NCBI GenBank assembly: GCA_011772475.1
Contig: WVZK01000134.1
Span: 70,793-134,792 of the forward strand
Direction: 5' to 3'
Origin: Candidatus Aminicenantes bacterium
Lineage (GTDB): Bacteria; Acidobacteriota; Aminicenantia; Aminicenantales; Aminicenantaceae
DNA length: 64,000 bases
The position numbers were made by a program, and so were the translations under genes. The notes under the pieces are model-generated. The model saw only the letters and a list, made by a program, of their open reading frames with translations, had not been told where the DNA came from and made no database searches. Shown here piece by piece: positions 49,444 through 59,282 of the stretch (position 1 is its first letter; every line of letters starts with the position of its first letter).

Positions 49444-50523
49444 ATGGAAGAAGAGGAACTACGGGTATCTGCGCCAGGAAGAATCTGCCTCTTCGGTGAA
49501 CACCAAGACTATTTCGGTTTATCCATTATCGCTGCTGCCATAAATCTGAGAATTTCCATAAGCGGCACAAAAAGAAAAGACAGGACGTTTAAGATTAACC
49601 TCCCTGATATCGAAGATACTGAAGAATTTTCTGTTGAAAAAAAGCTAGACTACACCAAAGAAAGAGATTACTTAAAAAGCTCCGTCAACTTACTAAAAAG
49701 AAAAGGCATAGATTTGCCGGCAGGGTGGGATTGCATTATTCAAGGCACTATTCCGATAAATGCGGGCTCGGCAAGCTCCTCTGCCCTCGTCGTTGCCTGG
49801 ATAAAATTCTTGTTGGAAACGGCCAAGGACGAGAGAGCCAAAATGGCCGGTGAAATAGCAGAGCTGGGCTTCCTGGCAGAAGTGGCTGAGTTCAGAGAGC
49901 CGGGAGGCAAAATGGATCATTACACATCATCCCTTGGTGGTGTGATTTCTATAGATTTTGGCGAAGAATTAAAAGTAAGAAAGCTCAAAAATCCTCTTAA
50001 AGAATTCGTGCTGGCCGATTCCCTCGAGAAAAAGGACACAACCGGAATGCTTGGCTACATCAAGAACTACGTTCTTCAAGGGTTAGCTAACCTTCGAAAA
50101 AAAAGAGAGGGCTTCAGTCTAAAAAGCTCCTCAATTCAGGAAGTAAAAGATGAGATTGAAAAGCTTTCTCCTGACACGAGAAGACTCTTAAGAGGAACTC
50201 TGCTCACGAGGGATTTAGCTGCTGAAGGTAAAACCCTTTTCGAAGCGGATGTCTTTGATCACACCCGATTCGGTGCGCTGCTTACCTCCCAGCATGAAGT
50301 TCTTAGAGACCATCTCCGTATTTCCACTCCTAAAATAGAGCAGATGATAGAAACAGCCCTTAAAGCCGGAGCTCTCGGAGCAAAAACAAACGGTTCAGGC
50401 GGAGGTGGCTGCATTTTTGCTTATGCCTATGATCAAGCTGAAAGAATAGCCGAGGCTTTGAAAAAAATAGGAGCTAAAGTGTATATTGTTCATATCGATG
50501 ATGGAGTAAGAAAAGAGGATTAA
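49444..50523 (+). CDS. GHMP-family sugar kinase (galactokinase-like)
   Basis: Galactokinase-like signature APGRICLFGEHQDYFG, GHMP motif PINAGSASSSALVVA, and C-terminal GSGGGGCIFA. Confidence 0.65.
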   Translation: MEEEELRVSAPGRICLFGEHQDYFGLSIIAAAINLRISISGTKRKDRTFKINLPDIEDTEEFSVEKKLDYTKERDYLKSSVNLLKRKGIDLPAGWDCIIQGTIPINAGSASSSALVVAWIKFLLETAKDERAKMAGEIAELGFLAEVAEFREPGGKMDHYTSSLGGVISIDFGEELKVRKLKNPLKEFVLADSLEKKDTTGMLGYIKNYVLQGLANLRKKREGFSLKSSSIQEVKDEIEKLSPDTRRLLRGTLLTRDLAAEGKTLFEADVFDHTRFGALLTSQHEVLRDHLRISTPKIEQMIETALKAGALGAKTNGSGGGGCIFAYAYDQAERIAEALKKIGAKVYIVHIDDGVRKED

Positions 50524-50533
50524 GGAGTAAAAA

Positions 50534-51097
50534 TTGATAAACGCAACTCAAATTAGAAAAGGAATGATAATAAAAGTTGAGGGACAAATCTACAAGGTTC
50601 TCGAGGCCACGCACGTCACCCCAGGTAAAGGACAAGCACTGATGCAGATAAAACTTCGAAACCTCAAGGATCAGACTCTGTTAGATTACAGGTTCCGCTC
50701 AAAAGATAAAGTGGAACAGGCCTTCCTGGAAACGGTCGAGATGGAATATCTGTACAAGAGCGGAGATGAATATGTCTTTATGAATCTTGATAACTTCGAG
50801 CAGATCAAACTTGCTTCGGATATAATTGGAGATCGAGTCAATTACCTCGTTCCCAATGTTGTCTTCCTTGTAGAAATGCATCAAGGGAAACCTGTAGGGA
50901 TAGAACCTCCCCTGACCATAGATTTAAAAGTGGTCAAAACCGAGCCTTTTCTAAAAGGAGCTACTCAGACTGCCAGCTCAAAGCCTGCTGTGCTTGAAAC
51001 CGGCATTACTATCAATGTTCCTCAATTCATAAAAGAAGGGGAAATCGTTCGTATCGATACCAGAGAAGATAAGTATCTAGAAAGAATAAAGAGTTAG
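50534..51097 (+). CDS. efp: Translation elongation factor P (TTG start, AGGAG RBS)
   Basis: KGMIIKVEGQIYKVLEATHVTPGKGQALMQIKLRNL, including the conserved K residue loop. 187 aa. Confidence 0.9.
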   Translation: MINATQIRKGMIIKVEGQIYKVLEATHVTPGKGQALMQIKLRNLKDQTLLDYRFRSKDKVEQAFLETVEMEYLYKSGDEYVFMNLDNFEQIKLASDIIGDRVNYLVPNVVFLVEMHQGKPVGIEPPLTIDLKVVKTEPFLKGATQTASSKPAVLETGITINVPQFIKEGEIVRIDTREDKYLERIKS

Positions 51098-51127
51098 GCA
51101 AATCCCGTTTAGTTCAAAGCGATTAAC

Positions 51128-53281
51128 TTAAAAGGTGAACTTGTAAACACCGATATTCCCGTGGCGGTCTTTGACCCTGACGGTAAGGAGATTGTCAAAT
51201 CTTGGAGGTAAGGTCAAAGTCAAGCTAAAGTTCTCCCATTTTGAGTCACAAATTCCATCCACAGGAAAAATGCTTTGCCACTCGTCAGGCCTGATAAGGT
51301 ATTTGACTTCTGTGATGTACGACAGTGAGTCCTCAGCAGAAAAAGTTACTTTAATGTTATTCTTTTCTATCTCAGCTTTGAAATTTTTGATTAGGGGAAG
51401 AGAGTTATCGATTATAAAGGGACTGCTCGTTCTATCTGACTTCAGCTCCGTCCCCATAGGATTAGAAGGAATATCAGAAACCACAAGCTTCAGAAAATAA
51501 ACCCCATCAGGATATGAGAGTGTATCAAAGGCATAGATCGCATCTGTCCATTTCTCGTTTAAAACTCTCCATTGACTCTCATCTTCTCCTTTAATGTAGC
51601 AGGAGAAAAGGAGAGCATCTCCATTCTCATCTTCCGCTTCCCATATAATTGTCTGGTATCCCTTTCTTTCAGCTTTCTTTGCAACAAGTAAGGATTTTTC
51701 TTTATCTTTGCTAACAGCCCGCTCTGGGACCTTGACATCTGCGCCCCATATAATCTCTTCCTGTTCTGGCGGTTTAAGATAAACTTCGTTGGGAGGAAGA
51801 ATTTCTAGCTTTCTGATTGCAGGGGCAACATTTGCTTGAAGATAGAAAAGAGAAACTTTTTGAAGAAGAGGAGATCGCTCACCAGATTGAGTTTTAAACA
51901 TGACCTTAAACTGGACGTATCTAGCCTTGGGATTTAAGACCTGCTCTCCTTGCTTTTTTTGATATGGCGGAGACCAATTGTTCCAAGTCTCGTTGGGGTT
52001 GCTTGAATTTCCGCTACGCGTTTGAAACTGCAGAGTCGCTCCAGAAGGGATTGTGGCTTCCCATTCTATTCTCCCCCATGACGAAATTGTTCCCGTATCT
52101 GTAACTTGACTTAGATACTCCCCACTAAATCTCTGGTCAGGAAAAAAGATGCTTAAATCGGGGGGATTATTAGCAATAAAATAAGTTTGTGAATCATACG
52201 GAAGGAGGAGATAAACAAGTTCCGATTCTTTCTGGACAACAAGAGAAGTCTTTTCATCCTTATCGACAGAATAGATCCTTCCTTTATCTCCGGTACCAAA
52301 AATGAGTTTTCCCTCTCTTTCACTCCAGAGCAGGCTGTAAATCAACTCATCGCTGGAATGCCAAAGTCTTTTAGCTACTCCCTGTTTATCTATCTTATAA
52401 AGGGCACTTGGTTGCTCTCGTACTAAAGAGAGAACCTGCTTGGTGTCAGGTGTGGAAGGCGACACAGCAACAGTAATAGCTGTATCTCCTTTTAGGGAAA
52501 TTGGCGTTTCTTCTTTTATTGGCTTGATAACAGTCCCACTGGCTGCAGCATAAATATTCCCCTCCCTGTCGAGAGCGATGCTCTTTATCTCCTCATACGA
52601 GGATTCAAACAGAATGGAAGCTTTCTTTGCTTTGGTAATTCGGTAAAGAAGACCCTTCCCACCGCTTCCAGCGAAAAGGTCTCCATTGGTGTCTCTTTCG
52701 ATGCAAAGAATATGGTTTTCCTCTGCTTTAAGGATTAGCTTTCCTTCTCCCTCGCTGTTTATCTCGTAAATACCTCCATTCTCACCAACTGCAGCAAGTA
52801 GCACGCCTTTGTCTACAAACAATAGATCCCAGATATATTTCTCGCGCGGGTTGAAAAAAATATCTCCTTTGCCCTTATCGGTAATTTTCCAAATCTTCCC
52901 GTTGGGCGATGTCCCTGCATAAAGATCTCCTTTTCTGTCCCGGGCAAGACAGTAGACATCCATCTCCGGCACTTGGAAATATATTTCTGGTTCCTCTCCT
53001 TTTCTGATTCTGTATATTTTTCCTCCGTGACCTGTTCCAAGGTATAATGTTCCATCTGGAGTGATAAGGAGGGATAGATAGAATTCCTCTTCAGGCCCAT
53101 TAATTTTTTCCTCTTTAGGAGAGAGAGAAAGTATGCCATCATAAGATACTGAGATCCCATCGAACTTGCCTTTCAAAAAGTCATCCTTACTTCGTACTTC
53201 CCATTTTTTTGGGACTACTCCTTGAAGAGCCTGAACCAAAAAGACAAGAATAACGAACACAACAACCAAAAGTCTTCTCAT
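51128..53281 (-). CDS. Secreted beta-propeller repeat protein with a C-terminal Ig-like/beta-sandwich region
   Basis: Signal peptide. Many roughly 40-aa repeats with G..G.IY.I-type signatures (GKIYRIRKGE, GKIWKITDKG, GGIYEINSEG, GLLYRITKAK). No catalytic motifs. Confidence 0.45.
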   Translation of the reverse strand: MRRLLVVVFVILVFLVQALQGVVPKKWEVRSKDDFLKGKFDGISVSYDGILSLSPKEEKINGPEEEFYLSLLITPDGTLYLGTGHGGKIYRIRKGEEPEIYFQVPEMDVYCLARDRKGDLYAGTSPNGKIWKITDKGKGDIFFNPREKYIWDLLFVDKGVLLAAVGENGGIYEINSEGEGKLILKAEENHILCIERDTNGDLFAGSGGKGLLYRITKAKKASILFESSYEEIKSIALDREGNIYAAASGTVIKPIKEETPISLKGDTAITVAVSPSTPDTKQVLSLVREQPSALYKIDKQGVAKRLWHSSDELIYSLLWSEREGKLIFGTGDKGRIYSVDKDEKTSLVVQKESELVYLLLPYDSQTYFIANNPPDLSIFFPDQRFSGEYLSQVTDTGTISSWGRIEWEATIPSGATLQFQTRSGNSSNPNETWNNWSPPYQKKQGEQVLNPKARYVQFKVMFKTQSGERSPLLQKVSLFYLQANVAPAIRKLEILPPNEVYLKPPEQEEIIWGADVKVPERAVSKDKEKSLLVAKKAERKGYQTIIWEAEDENGDALLFSCYIKGEDESQWRVLNEKWTDAIYAFDTLSYPDGVYFLKLVVSDIPSNPMGTELKSDRTSSPFIIDNSLPLIKNFKAEIEKNNIKVTFSAEDSLSYITEVKYLIRPDEWQSIFPVDGICDSKWENFSLTLTLPPRFDNLLTVRVKDRHGNIGVYKFTF

Positions 53282-53293
53282 TCCCTTTCTCTC

Positions 53294-55120
53294 CTATCTC
53301 TTTATTTTAATCGGAATCATGACAGCTCCTTTGAAAACGTAAGGAAGAGGCAACTGATATTCGCTTAGAGTGGATTTATTAAGTTCGGTAGGGGAAGAAG
53401 CTGCTGCCCGAGGAGAAGAAAACATGGATTTCATCGTCGGGGGTAAATTCGGCATTTCTTCGCCTTTCAGAAAAATGCCGGGCTTAGAAGCGATTATTTT
53501 AAAATAAATGCGGTTATTCTTCCTGAGATTATTTAATACTCTTATCAATTGGTTCAAACTTCGGGGAATAAAGGTCCCTAGTTTATATTGACTCATCTCT
53601 ACTTGAGCCATCGATGCCGCATCTCCGATAACAAGCTGAAATTCAGAACTCGATGGGAGCTGGGGGGCAAAAATTCCCACCTCCTGGAGCATGGTTGTTC
53701 CTCTGAAAGTGCGGTGATATACCTTTATTCTTATCCTCTCACCGGGCGAGACCTCGTATTTATCAAGCCAAACTTTTTCTAGGTACGAGAATTTGGCCTC
53801 TTCAGAAGTATGAACACTCAGGTCTATGCGATGGATGCCTAATTCTGTGAATTCATTATTGATCAAGAAATAAACAACTGCAGCAATCAGGTTCGAGAGC
53901 CTCGTTCCAGAAGTATTAAAACTCCCGGAAAAAAGATCCTCAAGATGAACGCTCATCCCATTTTCCAGGTAAACATCACACCTGAGCTCAAGAGAAAGAT
54001 CTCCAAGAGCTCTCTCTTCAAATGACAAGATGCTCGCCAGCGAAAGATTTACAAGAGCTGGAGTCAAAATTTTATCAGTGACTACTTCTATTTTGAAATT
54101 CTTAATATTGCCCTCTGCATCCGTCATCTGGACATTGACGGGAACGAGTTTGGGTACTTTCCCTATCTTTCCGAACACCCCGGGAATCCGGTCTTGAACA
54201 AAGCTCCCTAAAAGGGCGTCTGTGGAAGATATCTTAAAAGAAGTGGAGAGCCTTGGAACAACAGTTATAACTCTGGCTTTGCTCATGACATAATCAACCG
54301 GGCCCAAATTATATAAAGAATGACCAAAGGCAAAGACCTTATTGCCATCTACGTGGGTTACAGTCCCGACCGCAGACAGGTCGATGTCTCCCCTTACCAG
54401 TTGAACAGCAACAGGATCCCCCTCATGAAGAGTAAGATCGGGAGAGGAAATTCTTTGAAGTGATTGTCCTGAAGGACCTCCTCTAACAGGATAAAAACCC
54501 AGATTAGAAAAAAACATTTTGGCTTTTTCAAACGCGTTTGAGGAAAAGCCGCTAAACACAAGCGGAATACCCAAAGGAGCTAATGTTTGCCCTTCAGAAA
54601 TGAAAGAAGACCTGGGAGTTAGGAATTCCTTGTTTATTTCAAAAAGCTCTTCCAAACTCAGGTTCTTCTTGAAGGGGATTAGAGGAGAATAGGAAGATTT
54701 CGCAGTTTCCTCTTTCTCAATAGAGAGCATTTCTTCAATTGGAGTTATCCCGGCGATTGCTTCTTTGGCGAAATCTCCAATACTGTAGGCAACTGCTCCG
54801 ATAAGTTTCCCTCCCACATAGACCGGGCTTCCACTCATCCCCTGGATGACACCGGCCTTATCAAATATTTCCCCCTTTAGCTTGACCAAGATGATATTTC
54901 TTTTTGGGGCAATATTATATAAAACGTCCAGAATTTCGACGTCAAATTCCTCGATTTTATTCTCCTCAAAAACAGTCTTCCCCTTGCCTTTCATGCCTGC
55001 TTTGATCTGTTCCAAAGGAAGCGTAGAAACAGAACCTTCAACAGTCGAAAAGCAGAAGCAGATTATGAATAAAACCGAGAATATTCGTCCATACTTTGCT
55101 ATCATTTTATTATCATCCAC
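53294..55120 (-). CDS. Secreted protein with an N-terminal SpoIVB-like S55 serine peptidase domain
   Basis: GMSGSPVYVGGKLIGAV, which is GxSGSP, the SpoIVB/S55 catalytic serine context. Signal peptide. A long C-terminal region is unassigned. Confidence 0.5.
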   Translation of the reverse strand: MDDNKMIAKYGRIFSVLFIICFCFSTVEGSVSTLPLEQIKAGMKGKGKTVFEENKIEEFDVEILDVLYNIAPKRNIILVKLKGEIFDKAGVIQGMSGSPVYVGGKLIGAVAYSIGDFAKEAIAGITPIEEMLSIEKEETAKSSYSPLIPFKKNLSLEELFEINKEFLTPRSSFISEGQTLAPLGIPLVFSGFSSNAFEKAKMFFSNLGFYPVRGGPSGQSLQRISSPDLTLHEGDPVAVQLVRGDIDLSAVGTVTHVDGNKVFAFGHSLYNLGPVDYVMSKARVITVVPRLSTSFKISSTDALLGSFVQDRIPGVFGKIGKVPKLVPVNVQMTDAEGNIKNFKIEVVTDKILTPALVNLSLASILSFEERALGDLSLELRCDVYLENGMSVHLEDLFSGSFNTSGTRLSNLIAAVVYFLINNEFTELGIHRIDLSVHTSEEAKFSYLEKVWLDKYEVSPGERIRIKVYHRTFRGTTMLQEVGIFAPQLPSSSEFQLVIGDAASMAQVEMSQYKLGTFIPRSLNQLIRVLNNLRKNNRIYFKIIASKPGIFLKGEEMPNLPPTMKSMFSSPRAAASSPTELNKSTLSEYQLPLPYVFKGAVMIPIKIKR

Positions 55121-55178
55121 AACTGATAAATTGAGATAGAAATTCTAAAAGACGACACGGTCGATTTCTCCAATCTTT

Positions 55179-56363
55179 TTATTTTATTATTCCCAGTTTC
55201 TTACCGCTCTTCTCGAAGCTTGCAAGCACAGTATTTAGTTCCTCATCGGTATGTGTGGCAGAATAGCTCGTTCTAATGAGGGCTTGATCCTTGGGTACAG
55301 CAGGATAAATCACAGGATTTGCAAAAATGCCATCCTCTCTGAGCAATCTCCACAGCATGAAAGCCCTCTCATCATTCCCGATGATGGCCGGGATGATTGG
55401 AGTTTCTGTTGGCCCTGTGTTGAAGCCCATGGCTTGGAATCCTGATTTCATTTTTTTTGTGATACCCCATAATCTTTCTCTTCTTTCAGGTTCAGTTTGG
55501 ATGATATCGACCGTTGCCAGAGCGGTGGCAACTGAAGCAGGGGTGATGCTTGCGCTAAAAATCAGGGACCGAGCAAAATGTTTGATATAAGAGATAACTT
55601 TAGCCTCTCCAGCTACAAATCCTCCCAAAGAAGCTACAGATTTACTGAATGTGCCCATTACTATATCGACGTCGTCCTCGACTCCAAAATGTTCACAGGT
55701 CCCTCTCCCGTTATTTCCCATGACACCTATCCCATGAGCATCGTCGACCATGACCTTAGCGTTATATTTCCTGGAGAGCTCTACAACTTTAGGTAAATTT
55801 GCTAGATCTCCTTCCATGCTGAAGACTCCATCCACTATAACCAGCTTCCCTGCATCCTTTCCCATGGAAGAAAGGACCTTCTCTAAATCATCCATGTCAT
55901 TATGGTTGAAGCGGTATGCTTTTCCGTAGCTAAGGCGGCAAGCATCAACTATGCTGCCATGAACCATCCTGTCTGTGATGACTGAATCTGCCTTGCCAAC
56001 GAGTGTAGGAATTATTCCTAGATTGGTCTGAAAACCTGTGCTGAAAGCAAGAGCTGCTTCTTTTTTCATAAATTCCGCTAATTTTTTTTCGAGTTCAATA
56101 TGAATATCCAGAGTGCCGTTTAAGAACCTCGAACCGCAGGTCGCAACGCCATATCTATCCACGGCCTCCTGAGCTGCCTTCATTACTTTGGGATGATTCA
56201 TCAGCCCTAGGTAATTATTAGACCCGACCATGATCATCTCTTTCCCATCAACTTTAACTTTATTACCTTTCACTTCTTGAATAGGCGTGAAATAGGGATA
56301 TATCCCCAGTGCTTTGGCCTCATCAGCACGTGTGAAGTTATAACACTTATCAAAAAGATCCAC
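55179..56363 (-). CDS. PLP-dependent alpha-oxoamine synthase, serine palmitoyltransferase-like (SPT/BioF/Kbl family)
   Basis: MVGSNNYLGLMNHPKV, PLP-lysine region GTFSKSVASLGG and DDAHGIGV. There is no bio operon context. Confidence 0.65.
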   Translation of the reverse strand: MDLFDKCYNFTRADEAKALGIYPYFTPIQEVKGNKVKVDGKEMIMVGSNNYLGLMNHPKVMKAAQEAVDRYGVATCGSRFLNGTLDIHIELEKKLAEFMKKEAALAFSTGFQTNLGIIPTLVGKADSVITDRMVHGSIVDACRLSYGKAYRFNHNDMDDLEKVLSSMGKDAGKLVIVDGVFSMEGDLANLPKVVELSRKYNAKVMVDDAHGIGVMGNNGRGTCEHFGVEDDVDIVMGTFSKSVASLGGFVAGEAKVISYIKHFARSLIFSASITPASVATALATVDIIQTEPERRERLWGITKKMKSGFQAMGFNTGPTETPIIPAIIGNDERAFMLWRLLREDGIFANPVIYPAVPKDQALIRTSYSATHTDEELNTVLASFEKSGKKLGIIK

Positions 56364-56479
56364 CCTCTCCTCCTTTTTAAAAGTCTCTCCTTATCATAGA
56401 AAATATCTCCACTAATTCTTCACAGCCCTAAATTGGCTAAGGTTTGACCATGGTAGGCAATTTTCATACAATCTAAGCA

Positions 56480-57451
56480 ATGAAAGCTCTTCTCACCGGA
56501 GGAACCGGCTTTATCGGAAGCCATCTCGCAGAATTTCTGTTGGATAAAGGTGCCGAAGTATTTGCACTTGTCCGAGATCCTCACAACCTGAGATGGTTAA
56601 ATGGACTCAATATTCATCTCTTAAAAGGAAATCTTCTCTCTATTCCTGCTCTTCCTCCTGACTTCGACTATGTCTTTCATCTCGCCGGCTTAACCAAATC
56701 TTCCGATGTGGCTGATTATTATACAGTAAATCAACAAGGAACGGCAAGCCTTTTCAAGGCTCTACATGATCAAGAGATACTTCCCAAAAAAATTATCTGC
56801 CTCAGCAGCCTTGCAGCTGTTGGGCCTTCCTCGGATGGAAAGCCAGTCCAGGAAAGCGACGTACCTCATCCGATCACACCTTACGGTAAAAGCAAACTAA
56901 TGGGCGAAAACGAAGCTCTAAAATTCAAGGATGTCTATCCGATAATCATTATTAGAGCTCCAGGAGTTATTGGCCCCAGGGATAAGGATTTCCTTAATTA
57001 TTTCAAATGGATAAAAAAAGGGGCCCTTCCCACGATCGGTTCAAGGCAAAGATACATGAGTGTGTGTTATGTTAAAGATCTTATCAGAGCTTTATATGTT
57101 TGCTCTCAAAAAGAACTGAAAAGCGGAGAAATCTTCAATATCGGCGACCCGAATCCCTGCAGTTATGAAGAGTTCGGAGAATTTGCAGGACAAGCCCTTG
57201 GTAAAAAACTAAAAAAAGTTAAAATTCCGATTCCCGTAGGCTATCTTGTAGCTTTGATCGCTGATGTTGCAGGCAAGATAAGCAAGAAACCGGGCATTCT
57301 CAATCTACATAAATTCAAACAAATGAGGCAGAAGGGATGGGTCGCAGATATGAGAAAAGCAACAGAAGAATTATCCTTTCAACCTCGGTATTCTTTGCAG
57401 GAAGCTATTAAGGAAACGCTTGACTGGTACCTCATACACAACTGGCTGTAA
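56480..57451 (+). CDS. NAD-dependent epimerase/dehydratase-family (extended SDR) protein
   Basis: LLTGGTGFIGSHLAEFLL Rossmann motif and YGKSK (YxxxK) catalytic dyad. Confidence 0.75.
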   Translation: MKALLTGGTGFIGSHLAEFLLDKGAEVFALVRDPHNLRWLNGLNIHLLKGNLLSIPALPPDFDYVFHLAGLTKSSDVADYYTVNQQGTASLFKALHDQEILPKKIICLSSLAAVGPSSDGKPVQESDVPHPITPYGKSKLMGENEALKFKDVYPIIIIRAPGVIGPRDKDFLNYFKWIKKGALPTIGSRQRYMSVCYVKDLIRALYVCSQKELKSGEIFNIGDPNPCSYEEFGEFAGQALGKKLKKVKIPIPVGYLVALIADVAGKISKKPGILNLHKFKQMRQKGWVADMRKATEELSFQPRYSLQEAIKETLDWYLIHNWL

Positions 57452-57495
57452 ATTTAATTCATAACAAAGGGGACAGGCTACTTTTTTAAAAATGT

Positions 57496-57534
57496 GCGGG
57501 TTTCATAAATCAAACCCCTACGAAATTTATGAAA
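57496..57534. repeat. Hairpin repeat family 1 copy (GCGGGTTTCATAAATCAAACCCCTACGAAATTTATGAAA)
   Basis: GGGTTT(C/G)AT AA ATCAAACCCCTAC in a convergent intergenic region, flanked by GGGGACAGGC / GCCTGTCCCC inverted repeats. Confidence 0.55.
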
Positions 57535-57577
57535 AAGAAGCCTGTCCCCTTTTATTTTCTGGCTGTAAATTTAATTC

Positions 57578-58033
57578 TTATTTTATGTAGAAGGCAACAG
57601 AAAACTTTGATGTATACTTCAAGCACCATCCTTCTTCTTTTGAGTGGGCAAAATATTTGATTTTTCCCTCAAGAAGATGCTTGCCTTGCTTCGCCATCAA
57701 GCGGACTGTAAAAGGTATTTCAATGTCCTCACTCAGGTTTAGGTAATCTTTTCCGTTTTCTTCCAAGACATCTATCTTCAAATCATAGTCCGTAGATAAA
57801 CTTTTGGGAACAATAAGCTCCTCGCAAGGACTAAATTCGATGATAAAAGAAGGTTCAGGACTAATAAACATACCTTCTTCTAAACTAAGCTTCAGAACTA
57901 TCGTCCCTTTTTGACCCCTGGAAAGCCTTTTTGGATTTGAAGAAGCTTCAATCCTTAGAAGAGCTTCATCCTCAGCTACAGCGAAAAGAGAAAGACAAAG
58001 AATTAGAATACAAAGAAAAACATTCTTTCTCAA
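57578..58033 (-). CDS. Small secreted hypothetical protein
   Basis: Signal peptide MRKNVFLCILILCLSLFAVA. No recognisable motifs. Confidence 0.35.
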   Translation of the reverse strand: MRKNVFLCILILCLSLFAVAEDEALLRIEASSNPKRLSRGQKGTIVLKLSLEEGMFISPEPSFIIEFSPCEELIVPKSLSTDYDLKIDVLEENGKDYLNLSEDIEIPFTVRLMAKQGKHLLEGKIKYFAHSKEEGWCLKYTSKFSVAFYIK

Positions 58034-58146
58034 CTGAGTTCCTCCTGCCTTCTCCCGTAAAAAGCATATTACTCTCTCCCCTTTGCTGCGTCAAGGAAAT
58101 TATGCCTTTATTTTTCCCTGTCCATCTATTATAATTTATCGAAATT

Positions 58147-59151
58147 ATGATGAACACAAAATCATTCATAGCAGGAACAGGTCACTTTGTCCCCCCTAAA
58201 GTTATAACTAACTCCGACTTAGAGAAAAAGATGGACACCTCGGATGAGTGGATTCGCCAGAGGTCAGGGATAGTAGAAAGGCGTTATGTGGAACCTGGTG
58301 TTGGAAGTTCAGACTTAGCCTATGAAGCGGCCCTGCGAACTATTGATGACGCCAAAATCGACAAATCAGAAATAGACTTTATAATTGCCGCCACCCTTTC
58401 CCCAGATCATTACTTTCCTGGAATAGGCGTTATAGTCCAGGCTAAACTTGGGCTTTCTGGAATAGGAGCCCTCGATGTGAGAAATCAGTGCACAGGGTTT
58501 ATTTATGGACTTTCTGTGGCTGATCAGTACATCAAAACTCACAACTATAAGAAAATCCTGCTTGTTGCATCTGAAGTCCAATCATCAAACTTGGATTATT
58601 CTGATGAGGGGAGAGATATGGCTGTCCTTTTCGGAGATGGAGCTGCTGCTGTCATCCTTGAACCCAATGAGAAAAATGACGGTCGAGGCATCCTTTCTAC
58701 CCATCTTTTTTCAGATGGAAGGCATGTATCTGATTTATGGATGGAGAAACCAAGTCCTAAGGATAACCCCACTTTTGCCGAAGAATTCTTCAAAAACAAA
58801 AGATTCTTCCCTAAAATGGACGGAAGGAATGTTTTCAAAAACGCTTCAGAAAAAATGCCTGAAGCGGTAAGAATTGCTTTAAAACATAATGATCTCTCTA
58901 TTGAAGACGTTGACCATCTTATACCCCATCAAGCTAACGAACGAATCTCTCAAATGGTAGCCAGGAGTCTGAAAATTCCAGTTGAAAAAGTGATTAGAAA
59001 CATAGACCGCTTCGGAAACACGACAGCCGCCTCGATTCCTATTGCAATGGATGAAGCTCTGAAAGAAGGAATAATAAAAGAAGGCGATATTGTAGTCCTC
59101 ACAGCTTTCGGTTCTGGCTACACGTGGGGCTCGGCAGTAATCCAGTTCTAA
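58147..59151 (+). CDS. fabH: 3-oxoacyl-ACP synthase III
   Basis: FabH N-terminus (DEWIRQRSGIVERRY) with active-site Cys in NQCTGF and His/Asn in HQANERI and GNTTAAS. Confidence 0.85.
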   Translation: MMNTKSFIAGTGHFVPPKVITNSDLEKKMDTSDEWIRQRSGIVERRYVEPGVGSSDLAYEAALRTIDDAKIDKSEIDFIIAATLSPDHYFPGIGVIVQAKLGLSGIGALDVRNQCTGFIYGLSVADQYIKTHNYKKILLVASEVQSSNLDYSDEGRDMAVLFGDGAAAVILEPNEKNDGRGILSTHLFSDGRHVSDLWMEKPSPKDNPTFAEEFFKNKRFFPKMDGRNVFKNASEKMPEAVRIALKHNDLSIEDVDHLIPHQANERISQMVARSLKIPVEKVIRNIDRFGNTTAASIPIAMDEALKEGIIKEGDIVVLTAFGSGYTWGSAVIQF

Positions 59152-59282
59152 GGCAAGGATTGAGGAGATGAAAGTGTTGCCTCCTGCTATAGTTTTATGG
59201 TAGGATTTCAGTTTCATAAAACAAAACATATCCCAGGACGGCTTAACTTGTACGAAATAAAGCTCATATAGAGGAGGATTCA

